Origin: Octopus vulgaris
Taxonomy: Eukaryota
NCBI GenBank assembly: GCA_951406725.2
Contig: OX597816.1
Location: 158,038,001 to 158,102,000 of the forward strand
Direction of reading: 5' to 3'
Length of the DNA: 64,000 nucleotides
Part shown: in pieces, positions 26,195-38,689 of the stretch
How positions within the stretch are numbered: the stretch's first letter is position 1
How the letters are laid out: every line of letters starts with the position of its first letter
The notes under the pieces: generated by a model
What the model was told of the DNA's origin: nothing
Databases searched by the model: none
What the model saw: only the letters and a program-made list of their open reading frames with translations
Translations under genes and position numbers: made by a program

Positions 26195-27176
26195 TATATT
26201 AGGAGTATTTATTTAAACTCTGTTAACTCTTGCCTACCAGAATGCCTGACAGTCATTAAATATAACTATTGATGATTGACCCAATGACATCCTCTACATG
26301 GTTATTTGATCTGCAAAAAATAGTAACCAAATCTCCCTAAAAAGCGCATCATGCCATCTTACAAAGAAGAGGAAGAGGAGGAAATATATTTGCTAATGAG
26401 TTCCTGTGGGAAAAGCCAAATGGTCATATACCTTTGATGATAAATGTGTTTGATCAGAGATGACTGGGGGGGGGGGGGTAAACAGCAATAACTATTAATA
26501 TCAGTATTGGGAATTCCCTTGCGGTAAATTGCTGGCAATAATGTCCATTAAGTACCTCCAAGAATTTGTTTCAACTCACAGAGTAGAAACAATCTTTCTT
26601 TCCAAGCAGACAAGTGGCTTCTTACAATGACACAAAGTTACACATTTATGGGAAATAGGTATAACTAACACCTACCCCAGTACATAGCTGGTACATTTTG
26701 TTGATAAAGCTAAAAGAATACAAAATAAATTTGATCTCAGGACAAGACAAACTTGAATTTGTTCTATTTTTTTAATGCCTTAAAGAGAAGAGAAAAGACA
26801 GCTTCCATGTTCCTTTGTGAGGACTCCGAGACAGATGAGAATAACAGAATCTTGATATCCTCAAACCTGGGCCAAGGGCTTACATCAAAGTGATCTCTTT
26901 GAAAAGTACCCAAAGTCCAGATGATGGTATTAAACCTTTAACAGTAAAAAAGGGCTGCATAGATGCGTATGCTAAACAGACAAAAAAACAAAAAGTATTT
27001 TTTTATCTTACAGGTAATTTTTATACTTATTTTTACTCTAAGTATAAAAACAAAGAAAATGATGTTTTAATTCTCTTAGATTATAACAATAAAGACAAAA
27101 GGGCAATAAAAGAAATGTTAGGTTCCTAAATTTAATATTTTCATTAAAATAATGAAGAAAATTCACTGCCTTTTTT

Positions 27177-27223
27177 CTACCCAGAGCTGATTGAAGCATT
27201 TATCTCTTCTGTGCTATCTAGAG

Positions 27224-27261
<38 letters not shown>

Positions 27262-27620
27262 ACCACATCTGATGAAGAAGGAAAGTCAGAAAATACTTCA
27301 TCACTGTATAAATCTTCCATTTGCAACTTGATTTCCCTCCATAGATAAGGGCCACTTACACTCTGGCACATTTGATGAAGTAGATGCTCAGGAATCAATT
27401 GACAATGGACGTATCCATGAAACATTTCTGAAACATCAGATGATGATGTCCACCATTTAATGGTTAATCCAGGCAACAGATTGATTTCCCCACTCACAAA
27501 TGCAGGGGAATGCAACCAAATAATTTAAGACATCTATTCTGGAGGTTTGCCATATCTGCCACTCTATTGCTCTCAACAGAATATTAAGAAGACATTTTAC
27601 AAGGGAAGGATGTTAGTTAT
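27177..27620 (-). pseudogene. decayed coding remnant with acidic tail, possibly the C-terminus of a CXC-domain transposon protein
   Basis: Broken frames read PCK..LLRAIEWQIWQT..HSP..LTIKWWTSSSDVSEMFHGYVHCQ..C..DDDDDD. This recalls LPP..HxxRANYQxxIW..PSP..GW..L.I.W..P....L..C.C tails of TE-associated proteins. Recognition is by eye only. Confidence 0.35.
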
Positions 27621-27964
27621 CTCAATCAAATCACATAACTATTTATGTTCTTGGTTCCCTGATAGATGTTACATACATTAATCAAATAGTAACATGCTTC
27701 AAGTCAACATCTGTGTTAAAATATACAGATGACATAAAGCTGTACCTGGAATAAAAAGAACAGATCCTAGGCTATAGATCTTTCCAGCAATCTGATATGG
27801 ACACAATGCAGTAATGACTGCTGATTGGCAAACCAAGCTGGCTGTAGACACATGCACCACTCATCATTTTCATAGGGTAAACCCACATTTTACCAACTCC
27901 TTTCAAAACACAACATTAAGAAATCTGTTGGTGAATGTGACCTAAGCTTTATTGTTAACGATAA

Positions 27965-28340
27965 AAATGGAGCCTGGTGCAGCTCTCCAGCTTTGCCAGC
28001 TCCTGCCAAACTGTCCAACCCATGCCAACATGGAAAAGGGACATTGAATGATGATGATCATCATCATTGTCATTGTTTAACGCCCACTTTCCATGCTGGC
28101 ATAGGTTGGATGATTTGACTGAGGGCTGGTAAGCCAGAAGGCTACACCAGGTTCCAATCTGATCTGGCAGAGTTTCTACAGTTGGATGTCCTTCCTAATG
28201 CCAAACACTCTGAGAGTGTAGTGGGTGCTTTTTGCATACCACCAGCATGAGAGCCAGTCAGGCGATACTGGCATCGACCACACTTGAATGGTGCTTTTTA
28301 CGTGCCACTGGTACAGGTGTCAATCAGGTGGTACTGTCAA
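27965..28340. mobile_element. tail-to-tail pair of RTE 3'UTR fragments (family C)
   Basis: A plus-sense 3' end (27965-28058) joins a minus-sense copy at the palindromic junction atgatgatgatcatcatcat. Confidence 0.8.
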
Positions 28341-28644
28341 GATCTTTGTCAGCCACTCACCAGCTACCTCTTTAACACTATATATGATTTTGGTACATCC
28401 ATACTAACAGTTTGCATCTCCAGTCTAGAACCCCATTCTTGTAGAATATCAGCTGGAAGTTGTCTAGAGACATGCAACCAGAAAAATACCCTGTATCAGC
28501 CACTTACTATATCATGAATATATTTGTTCTTTGGGCATCAACGCACTAAATTTTCAGCATCTAGTAGTTAATTTTGTAGAAGCCCACAAAATTATAAACC
28601 AGCAACGATTTTGGTCACCTTCTTTAATTCATGGATATGCTTAA

Positions 28645-28991
28645 CCCTTTCTTTACTGTATTTATTTTGAGATGCTCTGTGTTTCTTTCAATTACTTTAA
28701 ATACAACAAAGAATTTAGTAAAATAACTTAGTTATAATTAACTCTTTAGTGTTCAAATTTATATGCTTGACCCTTTCTTTACTGTATTTATTTTGAGATG
28801 CTCTGTGTTTCTTTCAATTACTTTAAATACAACAAAGAATTTAGTAAAATAACTTAGTTATAATTAAGCTAGTGTCAGGAACATAAATTGTGACTAAGGC
28901 TTGGTGGAAGATTTTAATCCAAAACTTTTGAAAACAAGACATTTGTACTACAGAGCCTGAAGCAGTTTCAGCCGGGTTGGTATCAAAAGGG
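28645..28991. mobile_element. piggyBac-like MITE with partial tandem duplication
   Basis: TTAA|CCCTTT...AAAAGGG|TTAA. 28635-28741 is repeated at 28761-28867. Confidence 0.8.
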
Positions 28992-29022
28992 TTAAGAATT
29001 GTTTCTCTATTATATATTTTAA

Positions 29023-29218
29023 CCCTTTTGTTACCATATTTCTGTTGAGATACTCTGTGTTTCTTTCAATTAATTTTAAATATGACAAAGAATTTAGTAA
29101 AATAACTTAGCTATCATTCAGCTAGTGTTAGGAACATAAATCGTGACTAAGGTTTGGTGGAAGATGACATTTGTACTCAGAACCAAAGCCAGTTTCAGCT
29201 GGGTTGGTATCAAAAGGG
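29023..29218. mobile_element. piggyBac-like MITE, second copy
   Basis: TTAA|CCCTTTTGTTAC...GTATCAAAAGGG. Same body as 28645-28991. Confidence 0.75.
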
Positions 29219-29304
29219 ATAATCAAAAACCACTACTGCACTCATGACTTTCAGAAACATATTTTCACACTCAGAATTGTCAAAGCATGAAATAAACTAC
29301 CTAC

Positions 29305-29549
29305 GTCAGTTCTTAGCTGTCAGGATGCTGCATTCTTAAAAATTTCCATACTTTACAAAATTCTGCAACACTACTTCAGATGTGCTATGCTCACTTTCTT
29401 CTTTACAACTCTTTTATTCTTCACTTTTCTATCTTTTTCTGTTTTATTCTGAGCAAGTCTTTCTAGCTTCCATTGCGGTCTTTCTTTACTATGTCTGCTT
29501 TCTATCTCCTCTCTTAACCTCTTCCAACAACTTGGAGTATACCTGAGCA
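29305..29549 (-). other. candidate spliced exon (UTR/non-coding)
   Basis: Acceptor taatcttattgtatacag|TGC, donor GAC|gtaggt, purine-rich body of 245 nt, no reading frame recognisable as protein. Confidence 0.4.
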
Positions 29550-30560
29550 CTGTATACAATAAGATTAATATTATATGGAGCCTGTTATCACTGTGTCAAT
29601 TTGATTAATTCTTAACTTCAAAGTCAGTATCAGCTGTGATAACTATTCTCTTGCACATTGTGTTATTAGTGACTCAAAAGATTAAAAAAGAAAAAAAAAA
29701 AAAACAGGAGTAAAATATACTTGAAACCAGTGCAATGGGAAATAAATACCCTATTTACAATACCAAATTGCAGAAGAGTGAGAGAATCAGTAGGAGGAGG
29801 ACAAGATTATATACCTTACAGTATTTAATTTTATTTTCCTTACTTTCTAAGCTTAAAATCTGCAGTAGCTAATTTTGCTTTATCTTTCCAAAGTTGATAC
29901 GATAAGTATTGGTTGTGAACTGAAGTTGATTTAATCAACTTGTTCTTCCTTTGTACAAATTTAAGGCCTTGTTTTAAAATTATTTATGAAAAATATTGAT
30001 TTCTTATATTTGCACAAGAACTTATATCTCAACATATTCATTATCATTATTTTGTAGTTGACAAAGATCATATTGGTTGCAGCTGAGGGTTATGTGAAGT
30101 GGACAGCTGCAGTTCTGCTATCACATTTCAGAAATGAGAAATTAGAAACAGGGTTGAGATAGACTGATTAGATTCATTATCATCATTTAACATCCGTTTT
30201 CTATGCTGGCATGGGTTGGGCTGTTTAAAAAAGTGAAGTAACCTTTTCAAGTCATACGAACTCAGAAGGACTGGTTTCCCAGTTTCATGACATATATATT
30301 CCCCACCTGGATGGGACGCCAATCCATTGTGAAATGAAGTGTTTCGATAAAGAACACAATGCATCACCTGGTCCAGGAATCGAAACCACAATCTTACGGT
30401 TATGAGTCCAACACTCTAATCACTAAGCCACACACCACAGTTGGACAGTTTGACATGATCTGGCAAGCCAGAGAGTTGCACCAGGCTCCAACTGCCTGTT
30501 CTGACGTGGTTTCTATAACTGGATGCTCTTCCTAGTACCAACCACTTTACAGAGTGTACT

Positions 30561-30950
30561 GGGTGCTTTTTACATGGCACCAGTGCTAGCACTATTACAT
30601 GGTGCCAGCACAGGTACATTATATGTGATACCAGCATAAGCACTTTATAAGTGGCATAGGTATGGGTACTTTTTACGTGGCACCAGTACTAGCACTATTA
30701 CATGGTACTGGCACAGGTGCTTAATACATGGGACCAGCACAGATACATTATATGTGACACCAGCATAGGTACTTTATATGTGGAATAGGTGTGGGTGCTT
30801 TTTATGTGGAACCAGCACGGTTGCTGTTCGCATGGCACCAGCAGGGTTGCTTTTTATGTGGTTCCAGCACAGGTGTTTTATGCATGGCACTGGCACAAGT
30901 ACTTTATATGTGACATCAGTATGGGTGTTGTCTACATGGCACCAGCATGT
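30561..30950. repeat. ~26-bp diverged minisatellite (~15 units) grown from the RTE 3'UTR
   Basis: Units resemble GGGTGCTTTTTACGTGGCACCAGCAC and directly continue the family C copy at 30440-30560. Confidence 0.85.
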
Positions 30951-31026
30951 AAATTAGAGACACAGGTTTGAAGTTTGAGTCCAAGGACAGCTGTTTCTGT
31001 TGACTTCTCACTAATGACTTAAAGTG

Positions 31027-31224
31027 AACCCAGCTGCAACCGGCTCTGGCTCTGTAGTACAAAGGTCTTGTTTTGAATTAAAATCTTCCACCAAACCTTA
31101 GTCACATTTTATGTTCCTAACACTGGCTAAATGATAACTAAGTTATTTTACTAAATTCTTTGTTATATTTAAAGTAATTGAAAGAAACACAGAGCATCTC
31201 AAAATAAATACAGTAACAAAAGGG
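31027..31224. mobile_element. piggyBac-like MITE, inverted copy
   Basis: Reverse complement of the 28645 family, ending in AAAAGGG|TTAA. More diverged copies at about 43684-43882 and 46157-46370. Confidence 0.75.
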
Positions 31225-31487
31225 TTAATGAAACAGTAACCTCTATATTGCTGTTTAGCCCACAGTCAGAATTAATCAAGTAGAATTATGATAAAAGGCA
31301 TTCCAGTCATGACCAGCTCATTTATTCTAATACAATATTTAATGTGACCATAAAATTTTAAAGATGGTAAGGCACGATTCTAGGGAGATTTGGCTGTTAA
31401 TTCTACTAGATCAACTAACTACATACACATTCCCAATGTATGGATTTCTTTTCTTTTAAAGGAAAAGTTATTCACAATAAACCTAAC

Positions 31488-31880
31488 AGGCGCAGGAGTG
31501 GCTGTGTGGTAAGTAGCTTGCTAACCAACCACATGGTTCCGGGTTCAGTCCCACTGCGTGGCATCCTGGGCAAGTGTCTTCTGCTATAGCCCCGGGCCGA
31601 CCAATGTCTTGTGAGTGGATTTGGTAGACGGAAACTGAAAGAAGCCTGTCGTATATATGTATATATATATGTGTGTGTTTGTGTGTCTGTGTTTGTCCCC
31701 CTAGCATTGCTTGACAACTGATGCTGGTGTGTTTACGTCCCCGTCACTTAGCGGTTCAACCGATAGAATAAGTACTGGGCTTACAAAGAATAAGTCCCGG
31801 GGTTGATTTGCTCGACTAAAGGCGGTGCTCCATCATGGCCGCGGTCAAATGACTGAAACAAGTAGAAGAGTAAAGAGTAA
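31488..31880 (+). mobile_element. full-length young tRNA-derived SINE family A
   Basis: A-box-like TGGCTGTGTGG, B-box-like GGTTCAGTCCC, internal (TA/TG)n, (GAGTAAA)n tail. CpGs intact. Confidence 0.9.
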
Positions 31881-32321
31881 CACTTTATTTGGTTCAAGAT
31901 TATTTGAAATTAATTCTTAACTTTTGTTATGAATATTATTGAACTGTATGCGTACATAACAGGATAGATTACTATCAGCAGAGAGATAATATGGAAATAT
32001 TTCAAAAGATCTTGGAATGTTATACCTATGATTCTTTTTATCAGAATAATTAGAACATGTCTTCCTGAGGGGTAAACCCATTTTCGTGCTGTTACAACGC
32101 CAGGTTTTAATCAGTTTTAATCCCTATCGTCAAGTGAGATATTTGTACATCTTTGTACACATAACTTCGGTCGAGTTTAAGCTCAATAAATACTTCGTGC
32201 AGTCTTTTGACGATGTATACATAATTATCATACATGAATAATGTTGTAATTGTTGCTGCTGTTATAATAAAAAGTATATTTATTAAATAAAAGAAAAATC
32301 TAAACATTTCTAGTTGAAACG

Positions 32322-32727
32322 TATTTCTTTACTACCCACAAGGGGCTTAAGCACAGAGGGGACAAACAAGGACAGACATAGGTATTAAGTCGATTACATC
32401 GACCCAGTGCGCAACTGGTACTTATTTAATCGACCCCGAAAGGATGAAAGGCAAAGTTGACCTCGGCGGAATTTGAACTCAGAACGTAGCGGCGGACGAA
32501 ATACCTATTTCTTTATTACCCACAAGGGGCTAAACGTAGAGAGGACAAACAAAGGTATTAAGTCGATTACATCGACCCCCAGTGCGTAACTGGTACTTAT
32601 TTAATCGACCCCGAAAGGATGAAAGGCAAAGTCGACCTCGGCGGAATTTGAACTCAGAACGTAGCGGCGGACGAAATACCGCGAAGCATTTCGCCCGGCG
32701 TGCTAACGATTCTGCCAGCTCGCCGCT
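32322..32727 (-). mobile_element. SINE family B head-to-tail dimer
   Basis: A full unit (32507-32727, head GCGGCGAGCTGGCAGAATCGTTAGCACGCCGGGCG, B-box GAGTTCAAATTCC) is followed by a headless second unit (32322-32506). Confidence 0.88.
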
Positions 32728-34508
32728 GAAACCTGTAGAGCCCTTAATTATATACATCACACACTCATACTAGGTGGAAGAGCTGATAAAGGAACCTCAA
32801 AGTGAAAGCAGCAACTGCGAGAAATAACGATCAAAAAAATCTCCCCTAAATCATACCCTACTCGTCTTGAATAAAAACAGATAATACAGTCCCTATAAGG
32901 ACGGAACGATCACGGCTGGAATGCTTTTGATTATGGGTGTATTTGATCAAGTTGACAGGGGACTAACAAAGTCAACAACTCCATTCTTGTCATATAGGTG
33001 TGTGTGTGTGCTTGAAAGGGTGTAAGTAGGAGGGAAAAAACAATCTTCCGTGGTTTCTTTTACAATGACTAAGTAAATTCTGAAATACTTCAGATAGCTG
33101 AAGTTAAACAAGCATTACCTCCACCCTTGTTTATCATATAACTGTGTTTTCTTGTTTGTATGTTTTTATTTCACATAGAACACCCATTCATTTCATTCAG
33201 TAACCAAACTGATAGCAAGTTCATTGAAAGCAACAACGATTGTTTTTAAGTAAATTTGTCTAAGGGAAGAAACTCATACTGAACTGATAAAACTACAGAT
33301 AAATTACGAGATATTCCAGATTGCCCCACCCAATTCTTTTGCCGTCATTGGTAATTGTTGTATATCTAATTAAATTTTAATTATTTATTTAGCACTTTCA
33401 GTCAAAAATATTTCGATTTCAGATAAATCGAGATGTCAACCACGAAATACGTACGAATGTATTATTTAAGTTTATATATAATCAGACACATACGCATGTG
33501 TGTATGTGTTTTTTATATATATATACACACACACACACACAATATTCTTAAACAAGAATGTTGTTGACAGTGACTTCGAAGTTTCGGTCAGTAAAGCCAT
33601 ATATGTAACAATACAATAAAATGTCCCCTAATAATCCATTGTGGTTAACTGCACTTGGAACATCCAATGCTGAAGTTCCAAACAACCCACAATGGTGAAA
33701 CGTATGTGGGAACAAATGATATAAATTTGTATTATCATAATCTCTACAACTACAGCTGCTCTGTATATCATAATAGTAATACTACTAAGTACAGCACTAG
33801 CTAAACCACTACACCTGAAGTAGAACTGGATAATTATAATTTGAACAGGGACAGAATTCTAGAAGGCCAACATTCTAAGGTGGAAGGACCAGTGGCTAGT
33901 GTGGTAGTAGTAGAAAGGGCAGAAAGAGGAGACACCAAGTTTGTGAGCCAGAAATTGGATTGTGCTTACAAATGAATTTAAGCTTATCAGAGAGACCTTT
34001 CTATGGATGCAGCCTAAGATGTCTGTGTGTGCAGCAGCAGTAGTATGGTCCTATATGTGTGGGCAGTACACCATTGTGTGTTACACCTAAACTTTGTAGA
34101 GAGGGTCAGCAATTGTTGAAACTGATGTATTTTTCAGTTCTGAAGAGAAGGGCCAATCTTTGAAATATATGTTAAGAATCTGATAATCAGGCCTGGCATT
34201 TGATGTATTCACAAGGGCTGTAGTTGTATGATGCTCCTGTTGAAGAGGATGAGGTGTGATAATGTTTTCTTGATTTGAGTAGGGCTTATGTTTTTGCTTT
34301 GTTTGTTTTACTGTTGAAAGAGACAAGGTCAGCATGCCCCACAGGAGGATGCTTCCAAGTTGTCTTTTCATGGAATTGGCGCAAATTTAGCATGAAGTTT
34401 TTATGATGTCAATTTCCAGTCATCTACTCACATCTCTCTTTAAAACTGGCCGCTGCAAGCTAACTTTCAAGCTGGTAACCTTAATAGTGTTCAGGCACCA
34501 GATTAAAG

Positions 34509-34797
34509 CAGGAGTTCTTAAAGTGGTCAACAAATGAGAGAACCACAGGGGTCAATGAAACTGTGCAGAGAGTTGAGAAATTACCAGAGGTCAACAAGAG
34601 GTTAATAAAATTCTAGGAGTTGAAAAAGTTTAACTTTAAATATTTAAAATTTAATATTAAAGCAGTTAATTACATAACCAAATACCCCAATAATCGCAGA
34701 GGTATAAATTTAAAGTTATAGTCCAGGTGTAATATCTGAAGATTTCTTATTAGTTTGGCATAAATGTTTTCATCTGTTAAACCATTGACGACTCCTA
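34509..34797. mobile_element. degraded hAT-like MITE
   Basis: CAGGAGTTCTTAAA ... TTGACGACTCCTA termini resemble Charlie-type TIRs. No clear TSD. Confidence 0.4.
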
Positions 34798-35014
34798 ATG
34801 TACACACCTTCTCTCATATCCTAGACCCATTAAGTCTACTCTGTTGTCCTTATATTTAACAGAGGTTCTGACAGGAACATGTATGTATGGGAGAAAGAAA
34901 AGTCATTGGTATACATATTGGCTGAAAAACAAATTAGCCAAAAGATACTTATATCCCTCTCTCTCTCTCTTTCGGAGAGGCACTGAGCAGCTATACGCAC
35001 ACATACACACACGG

Positions 35015-35168
35015 CAGTAACTTCCACCTACCGAATTCAATCACTAAGCTCCGGTTGGCTCGGGGCTATAGTGGAAGACACCTACCCAAAGTGCCACGCA
35101 GTGGGACTGAACCCGAAACCATGTAACTAGGAAGCAAGCTCCCTAACCACACAGCCATGCCCACGCCT
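35015..35168 (-). mobile_element. SINE family A 5' half
   Basis: Reverse complement of 31488-31640. Confidence 0.8.
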
Positions 35169-37164
35169 ACAAAATGGCTAATTCCAAGAAAAACAAATTA
35201 AGAAGAAACATTAGTCAAAAGAATGGCAGAATATTTGTTAAACTATTAAAGTTTTTCACGGAAATAAGCAAAAACAATAATAAATTATTGTAAATATAAT
35301 CATCTCACTTTAGTATCAGTTTGCTCTTATCAAGCAAACCTATGATCAAAGTTATGGCCATTTTGTTCTTTCTCAAATCGTATTTATTAATAAATCATAT
35401 ATCCTAAAACCAAGGTTCCACATAAAAAGCACCCAGTCCACTCTGTAAAGTGGTTGGTATTAGGGAGGGCATCCAGCTGTAGAAACCTAACCAAAACAGA
35501 CTATGGAACCTGGTGCGGCCCCTGGCCTTACCAACTCTTATCAAGTTGTCCAATAGAAAACAGACATATGATGATGATGATGATGATATCCACCTTATCC
35601 CTTTTTTCAAAACAATAAAGTGTGATATGAGAGGAGTTTGGTTGCTATTTCAAGTAAGCTGACTGACTGCCTAGAGATTTATTTTGTTGGCTCAACAAAA
35701 TTGTAGAACTTTCAACCCTTATTCACTGAAGCATAGAATTCTTAATCAAAAATTACTAAAAACTAAAGGATTTGCGACAGCTTTCCTTCTTCCTTTCTTT
35801 TCATTTAATATGCATGCATTTATAAAAATAAAATATATTTTTGTATATAAATACATTACATTTCCATTTGGAATGTATAATTATATTTTGATTGCATATG
35901 TAATTACATTTTCATCCTTTATCAATTGAAATAACAACATTTTTCAGGAAGTGAAACTGAACAACACTAATTCTTTCATTACCGAATACATATTACTTCC
36001 ATTATTTCTAAAACTAATACAGCTATTATAAGATATTCGTATTCTTTATCCATGTAACTCATCATTATCATCATCATCATCATCATTTTGTCTGCTTTCC
36101 ATGCTGGCATGGGTTGGGCAGTTTGACAGGATTCTGGCAAGCCAGAGAGCTACACCAGGCTCCAATTGTCTATTTGGCATTGTTTCTATGGCTGGATACC
36201 CTTCCTAACACTAACCACTTTACAAAGTGCACTAGATATGGATGGAATACAAAAGTTCCTTCCCACGTCATTTAGACTCATAGGGACTACTTTACTAGTT
36301 TCTGTGGCATATATATATATATATATATTCCCTCTGGATGGGACACCAGTCGATTGCAGGATTAAGCGTTTTTGCCAGCTGACTGAACTAGGGCAACGTG
36401 AAATGAAGTGTTTTGCTAAAGAACACAACACATCACCCAGTCCAGGAATCAAAACCACAATCTTACAATCATGAGTCCAACACCCTAACCACTAAGCCAC
36501 ACACAGGTGCTTTATACATGATACCAGCATGGGTGCTTTTAATGTAACACCATCATGGGCACTTCTTACATGGAACCAGCACCAGTGCGTTTTAAAGGGA
36601 ACCAGCACCAGTGCGTTTTACATGGAACCAGCACCAGTGCTTTTAATGTGGCACCAGCAATATGTGCTTTTTATATGGCACCAAATATATAGATATTGGA
36701 TTTTGTTTTGGGAAAGATATTCAACTTCATCTGGAGATGAGGTTCGATAAGGTTTCAGCTGAAGAGTTCATGAATGTTGGGGGAGTATAGAGGTAACTCC
36801 TTAGTTACCTTTACTACCAGATCCACCCTAGTCTGGGTTGATAGTACCTGTCAAGGGTCCCGTATCATGGGCCAAATAGCAGAAAGATGGTCTTGTGGTT
36901 TAGATATACAGGAATTGGAGGTGGGTTGGCCCCTAGATATTTGCAACACAGGCCCCTCAATGTGTAGGTATGCCCTGATGTCACATGAAATGGTTAAATA
37001 GGTCCTGTGCATCAAAGCTAAGGTCAGGAGAACAACAAACAAGAATAAATTGTAAATAATCTGGTAGAAGACAAGAAACTACTACTGCATCTTTCCCAAG
37101 AAAGATCATGAATCTTCAGACTTGCATACAGATCCATGATTGCTGACACCTGTAGGTTAACAAC

Positions 37165-37850
37165 GGCACTCTGCTGGCTACAATGATGAAGTGTTCCAGT
37201 TCATCTGACTAGTGGAACAGCCTGCTCATGGAATTAACATGCAAGTGGCTGAGCACTCCACAAGCATGCATACCCTTAATGTAGTTCTTGGAGAGATTCA
37301 GCGTGATGGAGGATGTGACAAGGCTGGCCCTTTGAATAACAGGTGCAATTCATTTTTGCCAGCTGAGTGGACTGGAGCAATCATCATCATCATCATCATC
37401 ATTTAGCGTCCGCTTTCCATGCCAGCATGGGTTGGACGCTTCAACTGGGGTCTGGGAAGCCAGAAGGCTGCACCAGGCCCAGTCTGATCTGGCAATGTTT
37501 CTATGGCTGGATGCCCTTCCTAACGCCAACCACTCCATGAGTGTAGTGGGTGCTTTTTATGTGCCACCGGCACAGGTGCCAGACGGGGCTGGTAAACGGC
37601 CACGGTCGGATGGTGCTTTTTACGTGCCACCAGCACAGAGATCAGTCGGGGCGGCGCTGGCAACGGTCACAATTGGATGGTTCGCTTACGTGCCACCGGC
37701 ACTGGTATCACGGCTGCAATTTCCATTGATGTTGACTGACTTCGATTTTGGTTCTGAGAAATGAATTGTCTTGCTCAAGGACAAAATGTGCTGCAGGGAA
37801 GCAAACTCACGACCTTACAATTTCGAGCCAAATACCATTAAACCATGTTT
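37165..37850 (-). mobile_element. SINE family D interrupted by an RTE 3'UTR insertion (37381-37750)
   Basis: The family D body stops at ggactggagcaa (37380) and resumes at gaaatgaattgtcttgctcaaggac (about 37758). The insert starts with a (CAT)n tail. Confidence 0.75.
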
Positions 37851-38689
37851 TCACTTCTAAGTATAGCACAAGAAGAGAGAATATTGGATTGAGATTCTTT
37901 ATAATTTTTTTTAAATACAAGTCATTTTTATATAGTTTTAAATTATATTTTTTCCCTCAAAATTCTGAATCTCTGATGCTTTAAAATGTGAAAAACCAAA
38001 GACCTTTAAAGAAATATCAAAAAATTAGCAGAGATTTCTTTTTTTTAAATCCACATATTTTTAACATTTCAAGTAAAAGTTATGCATTTTTAATGTAAAT
38101 AGCAATCTTCTATTTTACTCAAAACTTCCCTTAACACTAACACCACCATCACCACAAACCATGATGGAACCTGTATGTCGTCACTTGATCTGCTAGAAAT
38201 AGCAATCAATTCTCCAGCAAATTACAACATATTGATAAACTATTTATAATCACGTTTATTTCCATAAAAAAATATCAGATAACCAGAAAATAAAGTGAAA
38301 CTATATTTCAGTTTCTAATTTATTACTATCATGTTGAAATTAAAGAAAAAAGTTTAAAATAATTCATATAGTTTTTCGATATTTTTCAATAAATATGTCT
38401 TTCAATAAAATTTGATATTGACTAATATATTTTCAATCAATTTGTCTTTCAACAAGTTTGGTTTTCTATGAATACATCTTAATGAATGTCTTCTGGCCAA
38501 CATCTGTTTTGCTCATTACGCTTTTGATAGACAAACCTAATCTCGCACATATAATATATGAGTTACAAATGTGTTTGTGTGCGAATAGTTCTGGTTCAGT
38601 CCCACGGTGTGGTACCTTGGGTGTGTGTTTTCTATAGATTTGGTAGATGGAACCTGAAAGAAGCCCATCATATATATATAACCCAACAA

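Noticed and set aside
30561-30950. CRISPR-like periodic array
   Set aside because: Units are contiguous diverged copies with no unique spacers, there are no cas genes, and the context is eukaryotic.
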